From contig CAWFQB010000011.1 of assembly GCA_963817895.1 (NCBI GenBank), positions 256,001 to 320,000 on the forward strand: DNA of 64,000 bases, in the 5' to 3' direction. Of this stretch, positions 10,325-21,285 are shown piece after piece (position 1 is the first letter of the stretch; the number at the start of each line of letters is the position of its first letter). The position numbers and the translations under genes were made by a program. Below the pieces are notes generated by a model. That model had not been told where the DNA came from, made no database searches, and saw only the letters and a program-made list of their open reading frames with translations. Source of the DNA: an uncultured Chthonomonadaceae bacterium. Its GTDB lineage: Bacteria > Armatimonadota > Chthonomonadetes > Chthonomonadales > Chthonomonadaceae.

Positions 10325-11320
10325 TTACGCCGCTTTGCGAACCCTCCTGTAGCGGCGCAGGAAGGCGGCTCCGGTCAGGCTCATGCCTGTGAAGAAAGCC
10401 ACGCTGCCGGGTTCGGGAACGGAACCGAAACCCACATAAACACCTTGTTGCGGATCGAGATAGTCCCCGACCAGATTGCCGTAGTTGTCAATTCCCCATA
10501 CTTCCGCGTTTACGCCGAGCGGTACATTGAAATCCGTGAAGCCCCCGGCGGCGGTCCATGTAAAATTGCTCGAGACGCCGCCGACATCATAACTGCCGGC
10601 CACAACGCCCTGATTGTTGATGCCCTCAAAGAACGTGCTGTCCGCGCCGGGATGGTCTACCGTGATGTACGCGCCGGAGGAGTCGCGCACAAAGCCACTC
10701 CGCAAGCCATTCTTGCCAGTTGGACTGTAAAAACCTACCACAGTCCCCGCATCGTTGATGTCTTCGGGAATTGTGCCGGCGAAGGTAGTATCAACTCCCG
10801 GCACGTCAAAAGGTGTATACCCGCCGTCGTAAAAGTAGCCATGTGCGCCTGTGGGCTGGCCCTGCGCATCAAATCCGCCAATCCCGATGCCTACAACAAG
10901 GTTCGCGTTATTGATACCGATGGCGAAACCCGAAACTGTGCCCGCGATGTCTGGTATCGGCGTCCATGTATCGGTGGCGATGTTGTAGGTGGCGCTGTGA
11001 TAGGCAAAGTTTTGCAGATACGCGCCTGCCGCAATGTTGGCATTGTTGACCCCTGCCAAAAATCCGCCGAAGGAATTGACGGGAAGGGTAGGCGTGGTAA
11101 TGGTTCCATCCGGGCTGCGGACAAACCCAAGCACGCCACCGTTCGCTAGTTGGTAACGGCCCGTAATCACGCCCTTATCGTTTTCGCCGACAGGAATAGT
11201 AAATACGCTGCCGGGCGGCTGGATGGAGAAATAGGACGTTTGCGCCCGGGCGCGGGTGTGGAGCGGCAGGAGCGCGCTCAGAGCAAACAGGGGGCACAGG
11301 AATTTCGGAACAGATTGCAT
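10325..11320 (-). CDS. PEP-CTERM sorting-domain surface protein with extracellular GINN.G repeats
   Basis: Signal peptide; repeats GINNAN/DINDAG/GINNQG; C-terminal VPEPGS + TM + RRYRR. Confidence 0.9.
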   Translation of the reverse strand: MQSVPKFLCPLFALSALLPLHTRARAQTSYFSIQPPGSVFTIPVGENDKGVITGRYQLANGGVLGFVRSPDGTITTPTLPVNSFGGFLAGVNNANIAAGAYLQNFAYHSATYNIATDTWTPIPDIAGTVSGFAIGINNANLVVGIGIGGFDAQGQPTGAHGYFYDGGYTPFDVPGVDTTFAGTIPEDINDAGTVVGFYSPTGKNGLRSGFVRDSSGAYITVDHPGADSTFFEGINNQGVVAGSYDVGGVSSNFTWTAAGGFTDFNVPLGVNAEVWGIDNYGNLVGDYLDPQQGVYVGFGSVPEPGSVAFFTGMSLTGAAFLRRYRRVRKAA

Positions 11321-11626
11321 AGTGAATAGTTTTCCTTCAACACAAGATTAATTCAAGAAGTCGTCGCCCCGGAAGCGCGGCTTTACGGAGGCTGCATCGG
11401 CGCAACCCATGCCCGTGAGGGCGGCTGTCAGACGATGTTGAAGGTACTATATACCGTCATCGTGATATTTCCGTGAAATTTACAGATTATTTTTCCTTAA
11501 GATAGCTCGGCAGGGCGCAACTCTCATGTTTTCAAGTCGTTTCGGCATTATGGGGCGGCGAATGTGCGCTCAAGCGCGTATAGGAATGTAGTTTAGCGGA
11601 ACGAGGCAAAGCGGAATGAGGCAAAA

Positions 11627-12886
11627 GTGAAATTTGCATGGGTAGTTTGGAGCGCGGTGCTGGCGCTGACAATAATGAGTCACTGTCACGCGGCGGAAAG
11701 CGGGTTGCGGGGCGCGTCGGGCAAAGTGGACATCACACCGGATAAGCCCGCGTACCTTGCCGGGTATGAGATGAACCGGCTGAGTGCGGGCGTCCATGAC
11801 CGGTTGATGGCGCGGTGTCTGGTTCTGGAATCGGGTGGGGTGAAAATCGTGTTCGTGTCGTGTGACGTGATCGGATTGCCGCGCTACCAGATTGAAAAGA
11901 TACGGGCGGCTATCAAGAGCGTTAAACCCGCGCAGGTTTTCATTGCGGCCACGCATACCCACTCCGCCCCGGACACGCTCGGACAGTGGGGACGCGACCT
12001 GCAAACCAGCGGCGTTGATTCGGAGTGGATGGCGAACTTACGAACGAAAATCGCGTCATTAGTAGAGGATACCGTCGCGCAATGCAAGCCGGTCGCGCTA
12101 AAGTTCGCGACAACGACCGAAGTGCCGCGCATTTCCAAAAACTCGCGCGTCCCGCAAATACTGGATACCGAACTCGGCGTGATGCAGATGGTATCCGCTG
12201 CGGACAACAAGCCCGTCGCCACCCTCGTTAATTATGCCTGCCACCCGGAAATACTGGATACGCGGCAGATTACGGCGGACTTTCCGCACTGGCTGTACGA
12301 CACGGTTGAAAACAACGGGGGCGGCGTTTGCCTGTATTTCAACGGGGCGCAGGGCGGCATGATTACGGCGGATTTTGACGAAACCACCGCGCCCAAAGGC
12401 CAGAACTGGCAGGCGGCGGAAACCATCGGCACAAGGCTTGGCAGGCGCGTTCTGGAAATCATCGCGAACGCGGAAACCGTTCCTGACCCGGCCATTCAAA
12501 CCCAACAGCGCGTGTTTACGGTTCCGCTGGAAAATGCCCGCTTTCAGGCGCTTATCAGCCTGAACGTGTTTCCCGGCGATATGGTGAAAAACAACCTGCT
12601 GGAAACGGAAGTGAATCGCATCACGATTGGGCCGGCGGAGTTTCTCACCCTGCCCGGTGAAGTCCTGCCCAACATCGGCCTGTATCTCAAACACGCCATG
12701 CGGACGGCGGACGGCGGCAAAAATAAGCCCAAATTCCTGCTTGGCCTGTGCAGCGACGAATTGGGCTACATCCTGACGCCGGAAGACTATTTCCTGCCGC
12801 TGTACAAATACGAATCCAGCGTGTCCGTCGGCCCACAAATCGAACCGCTGATGCTACAAAACCTGCTGGCATTGCTGAAGAAATAA
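11627..12886 (+). CDS. Exported neutral/alkaline ceramidase-like metallohydrolase
   Basis: KVDITP..LAGY, GVHDRLMARCLVL, ATHTHSAP, NYACHP, GAQG. Confidence 0.8.
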   Translation: MKFAWVVWSAVLALTIMSHCHAAESGLRGASGKVDITPDKPAYLAGYEMNRLSAGVHDRLMARCLVLESGGVKIVFVSCDVIGLPRYQIEKIRAAIKSVKPAQVFIAATHTHSAPDTLGQWGRDLQTSGVDSEWMANLRTKIASLVEDTVAQCKPVALKFATTTEVPRISKNSRVPQILDTELGVMQMVSAADNKPVATLVNYACHPEILDTRQITADFPHWLYDTVENNGGGVCLYFNGAQGGMITADFDETTAPKGQNWQAAETIGTRLGRRVLEIIANAETVPDPAIQTQQRVFTVPLENARFQALISLNVFPGDMVKNNLLETEVNRITIGPAEFLTLPGEVLPNIGLYLKHAMRTADGGKNKPKFLLGLCSDELGYILTPEDYFLPLYKYESSVSVGPQIEPLMLQNLLALLKK

Positions 12887-12904
12887 ATTGTTTATTGTTG
12901 AGGA

Positions 12905-13882
12905 ATGAGGAAGACTGTGAACTACTTTTATCGTCGTTGGTTTGGAAGCGTGACGTGTTTGGCGCTGATGAGCGTGTTGGCGGTTGGCGCGGGGGCGCAG
13001 AAAGCCTCCAGTGGAAACAGGGAGAAGACCGCAGCCGTGATGCCCACATGGTCGAAATTGCAGGATACGTATGCTTATGACGCCAAAAAGCCGCTGCATG
13101 TGAAAGAAGAGATCAAGCATAGCGATACGGCGTATGTGGTTCATGTGCAGGTGGAGGGGCCGGACGGCAAAACCGCGCCGGGCGTGTTCATGCGGCCCAA
13201 AGCCGAAGGCGTGTACCCGGTTGTTCTATTGCTGCACGGCCTGACCAGCGACAAAGAAACCATGCTCAACATTTTCGGCAAGCCGATGGTGGAGCAGGGC
13301 GTGGCGGTTCTCGCGCTGGATGCGCCGTATCATGGCGAACGCAAAGACCCGAAAGTAGACCCCTGGCAGCCGACCGTGTTTCCCGGTATCGTGCAGCAGG
13401 GCGTTCGCGAATGGCGGCGCGGCCTTGATTATCTGGCAACCCGCAAAGATGTGGACATGAAACACGTCGGCCTGCTCGGTTACAGCATGGGTTCTATGAT
13501 GGGTTCCATACTGGGCGGCGTGGACAATCGTATCGGCGCGTTTGCCCTGTGCGTGGGCGGCGACCCAATTTTGCCATCCGCCGAACAGGTTCCCGCCATG
13601 CTGCGCGAAGTGGTGTACGCGGTCAGTCCGAGCCTGTACATCGGGCATATCGCGCCCCGCCCCGTTTTGATGCTCAACGGCAAGCAGGACAAGACCATGC
13701 AGGAACCCGCTTCCAAACGGCTTTACGAGGCCGCGCATGAGCCGAAACAGCAGCTCTGGTACGACTGCGGCCATATCCTGACGCCGGACGCGGGCGTCAA
13801 AGCGGTTACGTGGGTGCTGGAAAAAGTAAAACCCGGCACAACGGTCAAACTGGACGCGAGCCATTTGCCGTCAGTCAGGTAA
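12905..13882 (+). CDS. Exported alpha/beta hydrolase
   Basis: LLLHG, GYSMG nucleophile elbow, NGKQD, CGH. Confidence 0.85.
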   Translation: MRKTVNYFYRRWFGSVTCLALMSVLAVGAGAQKASSGNREKTAAVMPTWSKLQDTYAYDAKKPLHVKEEIKHSDTAYVVHVQVEGPDGKTAPGVFMRPKAEGVYPVVLLLHGLTSDKETMLNIFGKPMVEQGVAVLALDAPYHGERKDPKVDPWQPTVFPGIVQQGVREWRRGLDYLATRKDVDMKHVGLLGYSMGSMMGSILGGVDNRIGAFALCVGGDPILPSAEQVPAMLREVVYAVSPSLYIGHIAPRPVLMLNGKQDKTMQEPASKRLYEAAHEPKQQLWYDCGHILTPDAGVKAVTWVLEKVKPGTTVKLDASHLPSVR

Positions 13883-13912
13883 TTGGTGGCTGATGTTTGG
13901 TGATTGGTTATG

Positions 13913-13943
13913 AAGCCTGAACACGCATCGTGTTCAGGCTTTT
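13913..13943 (+). terminator. Intrinsic terminator
   Basis: AAGCCTGAACACG-cat-CGTGTTCAGGCTT-TT after the hydrolase gene. Confidence 0.7.
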
Positions 13944-13948
13944 CCTGT

Positions 13949-13980
13949 TTTGCGTTCATTCGCGTTCATTCGCGGCTGAA
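13949..13980. repeat. Decamer tandem repeat ((C/T)GCGTTCATT) ending CGCGGCT
   Basis: Reverse-complement relatives at 29278-29309 and 57633-57665. Confidence 0.75.
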
Positions 13981-14134
13981 TTCTGCCTGAGAATGTCACT
14001 GCGGCGAATGATTCAGGTGTATCAGTTTCGCAACCAAACTGTTTGCAAAGCGCGTAAAATCAACGCATGAAGTTACAGAACCTTAGCAATGCATGAAAAA
14101 TCCATTTATTTTTATGCAAATACGGGCAAACCTA

Positions 14135-14163
14135 TTGACATGTTCTCGCATCTGCCTTATAAT
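14135..14163 (+). promoter_or_regulatory. Consensus sigma70 promoter
   Basis: TTGACA-17 bp-TATAAT, about 100 bp upstream of the DUF1559 gene. Confidence 0.85.
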
Positions 14164-14262
14164 GCAAATGCCTGTATCTTCCTCATTCTTTTTCCCTGTT
14201 ATGAATCTTCATGCAGGAACAGGAAGGGGCATGAGACGCTTTTCGTTAAGAAGGAGCTGCCA

Positions 14263-15048
14263 ATGTGTGGAAACAACGTTCGCCGGGGTTTTACGCTGAT
14301 TGAACTGCTCGTAGTTATCGCCATCATCGCTATTCTCGCCGCCATCCTCTTTCCCGTGTTTGCCCGCGCCCGCGAGTCCGCCCGCAAAACCTCCTGCCTC
14401 AGCAATGAGAAACAGATCGGTACGGCTTCCATGATGTACATTCAGGATTTTGATGAGTGTTACAGCGACTCGCGCGTGTCCACGGACACCATTGATGGCG
14501 CGGGCTGCTCTACAATCGGAAAGACGCCGAACTACTACGGAGCCGCGCACATTACGTGCTGGGGAGTTCGACTGTATCAGCCGGGAACAGGGAATACAAC
14601 CAAACTGCTGGCAGGATACGCGTTACGCCTTCAGCCGTATGTGAAGAACGCGCAGGTGTTTCTCTGTCCCAGTGACAGCAATGTGGATCGCTGGATTACA
14701 GGCAGTGAGCGCAGTTCCTACTATCAGCGACACGCCCATGACGCTTACGCAAGCATTAATGGCGCAAATACAAAACAGGCTGTGATTCAGCGTCCCGCCC
14801 AACTCGCCTACTTCGTGGAAGAGTTCTGGCACGCGGGTACAGTGCCTTACGCCTGGGACGGCACCAACACCGGTGCGCGCGGTTCCAACGCCGTGTTTTA
14901 CGATGGACATGCCAAGTGGCTGAAAGTCAACTATGTGACGGGAACCAACAACATCGGCTCTTATGACATGAACTGGTTCTTCAATGGCGTTGGCACCGCG
15001 TTGGGCGGACACTACAAGTTTGACACTGATCCCTATGACCAACAGTGA
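14263..15048 (+). CDS. Prepilin-type N-terminal cleavage/methylation DUF1559 protein
   Basis: [68 protein letters not shown]. Confidence 0.93.
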   Translation: MCGNNVRRGFTLIELLVVIAIIAILAAILFPVFARARESARKTSCLSNEKQIGTASMMYIQDFDECYSDSRVSTDTIDGAGCSTIGKTPNYYGAAHITCWGVRLYQPGTGNTTKLLAGYALRLQPYVKNAQVFLCPSDSNVDRWITGSERSSYYQRHAHDAYASINGANTKQAVIQRPAQLAYFVEEFWHAGTVPYAWDGTNTGARGSNAVFYDGHAKWLKVNYVTGTNNIGSYDMNWFFNGVGTALGGHYKFDTDPYDQQ

Positions 15049-15067
15049 CCGGCAGGAAGGATAGACA

Positions 15068-15286
15068 ATGCGCCAAAACAAACCCGTGACGATTGGGCTG
15101 TCCGTAGCCGCCATTGTGCTGGCGATGGGAGTAATCTGGTACACCTATTCCAGTACGCACTATGGCCCGCCGCCGCCAATATCATCCGGCATGGCACTGG
15201 GTTCCGGCAAAACTATGGTTCCCGCCGGAATGAACAAGAACGCGAACCAGAGTACCGCGCCCGGAGCAACCCTGCCGCATCCCTGA
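15068..15286 (+). CDS. Small single-TM Pro-rich protein co-transcribed with the DUF1559 gene
   Basis: AGGA RBS; starts 19 bp after the DUF1559 stop; N-terminal TM. Confidence 0.7.
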   Translation: MRQNKPVTIGLSVAAIVLAMGVIWYTYSSTHYGPPPPISSGMALGSGKTMVPAGMNKNANQSTAPGATLPHP

Positions 15287-15315
15287 CGCTTACAGGGCTG
15301 CATCAAAACGGATAC

Positions 15316-15344
15316 AGGGCGCAAACCATGAAGGTTTGCGCCCT
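15316..15344. terminator. Hairpin between convergent genes
   Basis: AGGGCGCAAACC-atgaa-GGTTTGCGCCCT. Confidence 0.6.
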
Positions 15345-15391
15345 TGTTCATGTATGGCTTTAAAGGTTTTGAGAGCCTGCCCTGTCGAAAC

Positions 15392-16880
15392 TTATCTTCT
15401 GGAAAAGCGGGGCGCAGTTTCCACGCCGGAAATATCAATCGCGCGGCGAAGAGATGCGCCGGCAGTATTCGTCGGGCGAACGCTCACGTCTTCCGCGCCA
15501 GACGTTTCACGATGCGAAAGGGGCGCGTCCGCTTTGTCTGAAGGGTGGCGATGCAGCCGCACTTTGGTAATGCGCCTGCCGTCCGTGTCCTCGACCGCAA
15601 ACTCGATGTCTTCCCACCGGGCGCGTTCGCCCTTTGCCGCCGCGTGACCGATCAGGCCGAACACAAAGCCGCCAATCGTGTCCGCGTCCTCTTCGGGCAA
15701 GTCAAGCCCCATGCGCTCGTTGACATCGCCAAGACTCATCTTGCCGTCTATAATCGAAGTGGCGCTGTCCAGCACCTGAACCTGCGGCTCCTCCTGATCG
15801 TACTCGTCCTGAATGTCGCCTACAATCTCTTCCAGCACGTCCTCAATCGTCACCAGTCCCGATGTAACGCCATACTCATCGCGCACAATGGCAAGCGGCT
15901 GCTTGCTGCGCTTGAACTCGGCAAGGAGCATGTTGACCTTTTTGGTTTCGGGAATGAAGTACGGCGCGCGCATTACGCCGCGAATGGGAACCGTATCGCG
16001 CGAAATATTGCCGGGCAGTTGCAGCAGGTCTTTGGCGTGAATCACGCCCACGATATTGTCCAGATCGTCCTCATAGATAGGGATACGCGAGTGTCCCGAT
16101 TGCGCCACAAGCGTTATCAGGTCGGGCATATCGCCATTCACCTCGAAAGTGGTCAGGTCAATGCGGGGTGTCATAATCTTGCGGGCAACCGTTTCTCCGA
16201 AGTCCAGAATGCCCGAAATCATGTCCTTTTCCGCGTTATTGACAACGCCCTGTTCCACGCCCTGCTCGACTAAAATTTCCAATTCTTCCTTGTTGACCGA
16301 AGGGATGGTGAAATGGACGGTTCCGCCGAAGGGCCGCACGACAAGCGCGGACAAAAAGGTGAGCAGCGTGACAAAGGGCGTGAGAAACGCCTGTAGCAAC
16401 TGTATGGGACGGGCGGCCAGCAGCGCGAACGGTTCCGGGTTGCGCACAACCACGCTTTTCGGGGCCACTTCGCCAATCACAAGCGCGAGAATGGCAACCG
16501 GAATGGCGACAACAAACAGGGCAATGGTATGCGCGCGGGCGGCGACAAAGCCCTGCGTATGCTCCATGAGCCAGTTGGCGAGGGGCGTTGTCGCGGTTGT
16601 GGCGGCAAGGGCGGAAGACAGCGTGGCGATAAACGTGACGCCGGTTTGAATCGTCGCCATCAGGCGCGTGGGATGCGCCAGCAGCGATTTCAATCAGCAT
16701 GGCGCTGCGATTGCCCTCCTCCACCAGTTGCCGGATGCGGGTACGGCGCACCGTAATCAGCGCGTACTCGGCAATGGAGAACAGGGCATTGATACAAATC
16801 AGCACAAACACAATCAGCAGTTTGACAGGCTCGAACGGTTCGAAACTGTAAGATTGTATCGCGTTACTATGAGGTTCCAA
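15392..16880 (-). CDS. Hemolysin/CNNM-CBS-CorC family protein (frameshift near 16690)
   Basis: NALFSIAEYAL..RRTRI in one frame; GEVAPKS, MTPR, SGHSRIP, DEYG...TIEDVLEEIVG in the next. Confidence 0.9.
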
Positions 16881-17735
16881 GAAAAATAACTCCCTCGACG
16901 GGCTGTGAGTTGCTGCGTTGGGCCATAAATTCAGGATAGGGCGGATAAGGCCGTTTGTCCTGAAACGTTGGCGCCCACGATGTCAATTGCGACCGGAACT
17001 GCGCTGTAAAACGCCTGCGCGCGTACGGCATAATTTTGAACACCATGGACGTGAGCAGAATGGCGAGTACCGCTCCCAGAACCACTTCCCGCAGGGAGTG
17101 GATGCCCGCCTCAACCCGGCTTTGCGCGACGAGTAATGCCAGCAAAATCGCCAGAAAGCCGATTGCTGTGTTGCGCACCGAGAAAAAAATGGTCATTGCC
17201 AGCAGAAATCCGATGGCGCTATGACCGCTGATAATGCCCCCCTTCCACGGGGAGCCGGTATTGCTGACCAACTTGGAAATAATCACGATCAGGGTCAGCA
17301 GCACAATGCCTAAAACAACTACGCCCGCGATGTTGGGCGCGGCGTTCGGGTCTGCAATCCGGTGTCTGATTTCGATCAATCGATCCTGTCCGAAGAAGAT
17401 CAGGACGCCCGCGATAACCGCGTTTGCGGCCGCCAGCAGCACCGCGCCCGCCGCGACATCCTTCGCCAGCTTGGCGGCAGGATTATAGTTCTGGGTAATC
17501 ATGTCCACGACGGCCTCAATAGCCGTATTGAACATTTCCGCCACAATGACCAGCGTGACCGCGAACACCAGCACCAGCATGTCGCGCGGGTCCAGATTGA
17601 GCAGCAGCCCCGCCAGCAGCACGGCTACCAGAGTAAAAAAATGGAAGCGCATGTGCAGCTGCGTGCGAAAGCAGTGCAGCACGCCTTCCTGCGCATACTT
17701 GAACCCCGACAGCGCGTGTTTGCGTGGTGGCGCAT
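16867..17735 (-). CDS. dgkA: Diacylglycerol/undecaprenol kinase (DgkA) fused to PAP2-like domain (1-nt frameshift at start)
   Basis: GFKYAQEG..FRTQLHMRFH, EMFNTAIEAVVD, AKDVAAGAVL; C-terminal SGHSA and QSRVEAGIHSLREV. AAGGAGG RBS before ATG 17735. Confidence 0.85.
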
Positions 17736-17744
17736 GTTTCCTCC

Positions 17745-18198
17745 TTACATCAATGCGACGCCCAAAGTTTCACGTTCCCTCGTCCGCATCCGTTCCGCCC
17801 CCGCTTCGGTTTCGTCTTCATAGCCCAGCAGGTGCAGGACGCCATGAACGGCGAGAAGCGCCAGTTCCTGTTCCAGCGTTATGCCATGCGTTTGCGCCTG
17901 CCGGAGGGCGGTGTCCACGGAAATCACGACATCGCCCAGCATCAGCGCCATTCCCGGAACGACGGGCGGAACGGGCGCGTCCCCGGCCTGTTCCGTCAGG
18001 GCAAAAGAGAGAACATCGGTCGGTTTGTCCATGCCCCTGATAATCGCGGTTCATGGCGTGAACTGTGGCGTCATCGGTCAGTACCACGCTTACTTCCGCG
18101 CGGGCGTGGCCTTCCGCTCGCAGCAGGCGGGCCACTGCCCTGCGCAGCGGGGCTGTTTTCAGCGGGTGAGACTGTTGGTTCTGCAAGAGCAAGGCCAT
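17745..18198 (-). CDS. ybeY: rRNA maturation endoribonuclease YbeY (frameshift near 18035)
   Basis: MNRDY..DKPTDVLSF, LGDVVIS, HGVLHLLGYED. Confidence 0.92.
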
Positions 18199-18292
18199 AG
18201 CGCATCTCCGACAGACAGCGGTTCAAAATCCGTTTGGGTGGTTGTGTCGCCTGCCGCCATCCATATTCACGCCGACGCGCGAATCAGGCGAA

Positions 18293-20596
18293 TCAGGAAC
18301 GTAAACGGGTTCCGGGCGGGCAATGTCCGCGCGTACCGTTACCTGCGCTTGACGTGAAAGGCAGTTCTAGGGCAGGCGCTTCCGGGCGGAGATCGGCGCG
18401 AACAACTTCCATCGGCTGCCCGCTTGCCGTGCGCGGCGGGTCTTTCGGGTAGTCAATGCGCCCGTGCATCATGGCCTGCAAGACATGCAGAAACGCGTCG
18501 GAAATATGTTTCACATCCCGGAAGGTGAGGGGACACTCATCCAACTGCCCATCTTCGATTTTGCCCCGCACGATGCCGGTAATCAGCGCTTCGATTTTTT
18601 CCTGATTGGGCTTGTCAATGCAGCGGGCGGCGGCTTCCACCGAGTCGGCCAGCATAACAATCGCGGCTTCGCGGGTCTGCGGTTTGGGGCCGGGATAGCG
18701 GAAACGCTCTTCCATGCCGGGCGGCAGGGCCGTCGCCCCCGCCGTTATCCGCCAAGCGCCTGACGGTAGAAGAAACTGATCAGCGTGGTTCCGTGATGCT
18801 GCGCGATGATGTCGCGAATCTCATCGGGCAGGCGGTGCTGTTTCGCCATCGTCACGCCGTCGCGAACATGGGCGGTGATGATGAGCGCGGAAAGCGAGGG
18901 ACTGAGGCGGCAATGCACGTTATCGGCGCGCTGGTTTTCGATGAAGAAATCGGGGCGGTTCATCTTGCCGATGTCGTGGTAATAGCCCCCGACGCGGCAC
19001 AAAAGCGCATCCGCGCGAATGGCCTGCGCGCCCGCTTCCGCAAGCGTTCCGACCATCATGCTGTGGGCATAAGTTCCGGGCGCGACCGCGCAGAACTGTT
19101 TGAGAAGCGGGACGATCAAAGGCCGACATTTCCAGCAGGGAGGTATGGGTCAGGATTCCGAACGGTTTTTCCAGCGCCAGCACGCCGAACCAGAACAGAA
19201 AAGTGGCGAACGGGGCCACGCCTATCGCCCACGCCGAACCCGTCAGCAGTTCCGACAGCTGTCGTTGAACAGCAGGCCGAGCAGCCAGACCAGCCCGACA
19301 TTGCTCAGGGCAAGCGCGGCGGTTGTCGCCAGCAGATTGGATTTATGCCGGACATGAGACACGCTGGCGATGCCGACAAGCCCGGAAAGCAGGGTCATGA
19401 CGCTGAACCGAATCTCGTGGTTCATAATCATGCCCGACTGAATCGCCAGCAGGGCGACAATCAGCATGGCAAGGTGCATGTCCAGCAGGACGCTGACCAG
19501 CATACCCGCCGCCGTCACGCTCATCATGCCGAGATAGCCGAATTGCCAGCCGGCAAATTGCAGGCCGAGCAGGGTCGCCCCCACTTTCAGGCCAACAACA
19601 CTGAGCAGCACGATCACGGAAAGCAGGGCGAGGCGGCGCGTATCATCGTACAGGGTAGGGAGCAGGCGGGAAATATAAAAGGACGACGACCAGCACCATG
19701 ACAGCGGCAAGAATGCAGATGGCAACGCCCGTCGTGAGTTCCTGCCGGGGATCGAGCAGGCCAAGCGCGGTCAGTTTGTCCAGCGTGTCCTGCCGCACCA
19801 CGTCACCGACGGCAATGATTTTATCGCCGGGGAACAGGCGGCCATACGCGGAAGGGACGCTGCGCATAGCGGTTTGAATTGCCTGCTGCGTTCTGGAGCG
19901 GCTGTACAGGCGGTTGGGGCGCAGCGCCTGTCCCGCAACAGCAGTTACAAGATCGGCGTCACCCGCAACCGGAAGGGTTTCCTGCGCCCGAAGCCGGAGC
20001 GTCTGCTGCACCTGCCGCAAATCGTCGGACTGGTCGCGGATTTCCCGATCCATGCCCTCATCCACAAGGCGCAGGGTAGTATCGCGCAGGCGCTGGAAAA
20101 CGGTCGGGGGTACGGTCAGCAGGCGGCGGAGGGTGGCGCGAGAAAGGCCGGAACCGGATTGCAGCGATTGTACGGCTTTGTCCTGCGTGGCGGATTTGAG
20201 CAGGGCGCGGGTACTGGTCGCCCTGCGTTCCATGTCAATGCGGTCGAACAGTTCGTCTACGGTACGCCGCGCATTGATAGCCGCGTGTTCATCCACATCG
20301 TACACGCGGCGGGTGGCTTGTCCGGCGATTTTTTGAAGCGTGGCGGTTTTTTCGGAATCGAGGTAAATCACGCTGCGCGGGGAGCGCACTTCGCGCGCGC
20401 TGATTTCGCCAAGCCGCAGCGGAACCCGGTCCTGCCGCAGATGCACGGACATCATCAGGGACAGGGCGGCAATGGTCAGCAGCATCAGGCCGGCCTTCGC
20501 TTTATTGAAAGCGGGCCGCGCCGAAGCGTGACGTTTGAACCATGCGGCGAGGTTCTTCATCCATCTGGTTTTTAGCTGCGGTGTTTTAGGATTCAT
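18293..20596 (-). CDS. 7TM-HD phosphohydrolase, PgpH/YqfF-like c-di-AMP phosphodiesterase (several frameshifts)
   Basis: Extracellular domain, TM block, APGTYAHS, YYHDIGK..PDFFIENQ, QHHGT, RYPGPKPQTREAAIVMLAD; upstream of ybeY-dgkA. Confidence 0.88.
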
Positions 20597-20693
20597 GGTC
20601 GTCGTCGCGCCCGAAGGCCGACTGAACACATCATTGTTGCGCAGGCGGCGAAAATCAACAGGTAGTCTGTGCCGCGTCGCTTCCACAGGCACA

Positions 20694-21262
20694 CTACATT
20701 ATAACTGCTGCGTGTTCGCCTGTCAAGGAGGTAGTTTGCGCAAGCGCGGCTTCTATGGCAGCCGTGAGCGCGGTGGCGGTTATCGGGCCTTCGTACTGAC
20801 TGTTGTTGAGGAAAAGGGTGGGGGTTGAGTGGACACCGGAAGTTCGGATACCATCCACGTCGGCGCGAACGGCATTATATGTGGCTTCACTCTGCAAATT
20901 TGTCATAAACTCGTTCGCGTCCAGTCCGAGTTGAACGGCAGCCTGCTGGAGTTCTTCGGGCGTCAAAGCGGGCAAGCCCTCCATGAGCGCGTCGCGCATA
21001 GGCCAAAATTGGCCCATCATACCCGCCGCTTCACTGGCGCGGGCGGCATCAAGGGCGTGGGGATGAACATCCGTAAGCGGCAGATGACGGTATATAAAGC
21101 GTATTTTGTCGGCGTAGCGGGCGCGGAGGGGTTTCAGGATGTGATGCGCTTCCCGGCAGTCGCCGCACTGAAAATCGCCGTATTCCACAGGGTAACAGGC
21201 GCGTCTGCCGGCCCCTCCTGCCAGTCGCGCGCGTTTACCGGAGTGGGAAGAGGTTGAGACAT
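20694..21262 (-). CDS. DsbA-family (Thioredoxin_4) protein (frameshift near start)
   Basis: GPADAP..VEYGDFQCGDC, YRHLPL..HPHA, GVHSTPTLFLN. Confidence 0.85.
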
Positions 21263-21285
21263 AAATTCACCCTCGATTCACGGTT

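Noticed and set aside
17745..17850. YbeY third His replaced (GYED)
   Set aside because: Asp at this position occurs in other bacterial YbeY proteins; not distinctive.
15392..20596. Pseudogenes or programmed frameshifts in ybeY, dgkA, 7TM-HD and CorC genes
   Set aside because: Motifs are intact and the indels are scattered with no slippery-site pattern; sequencing error is more parsimonious.
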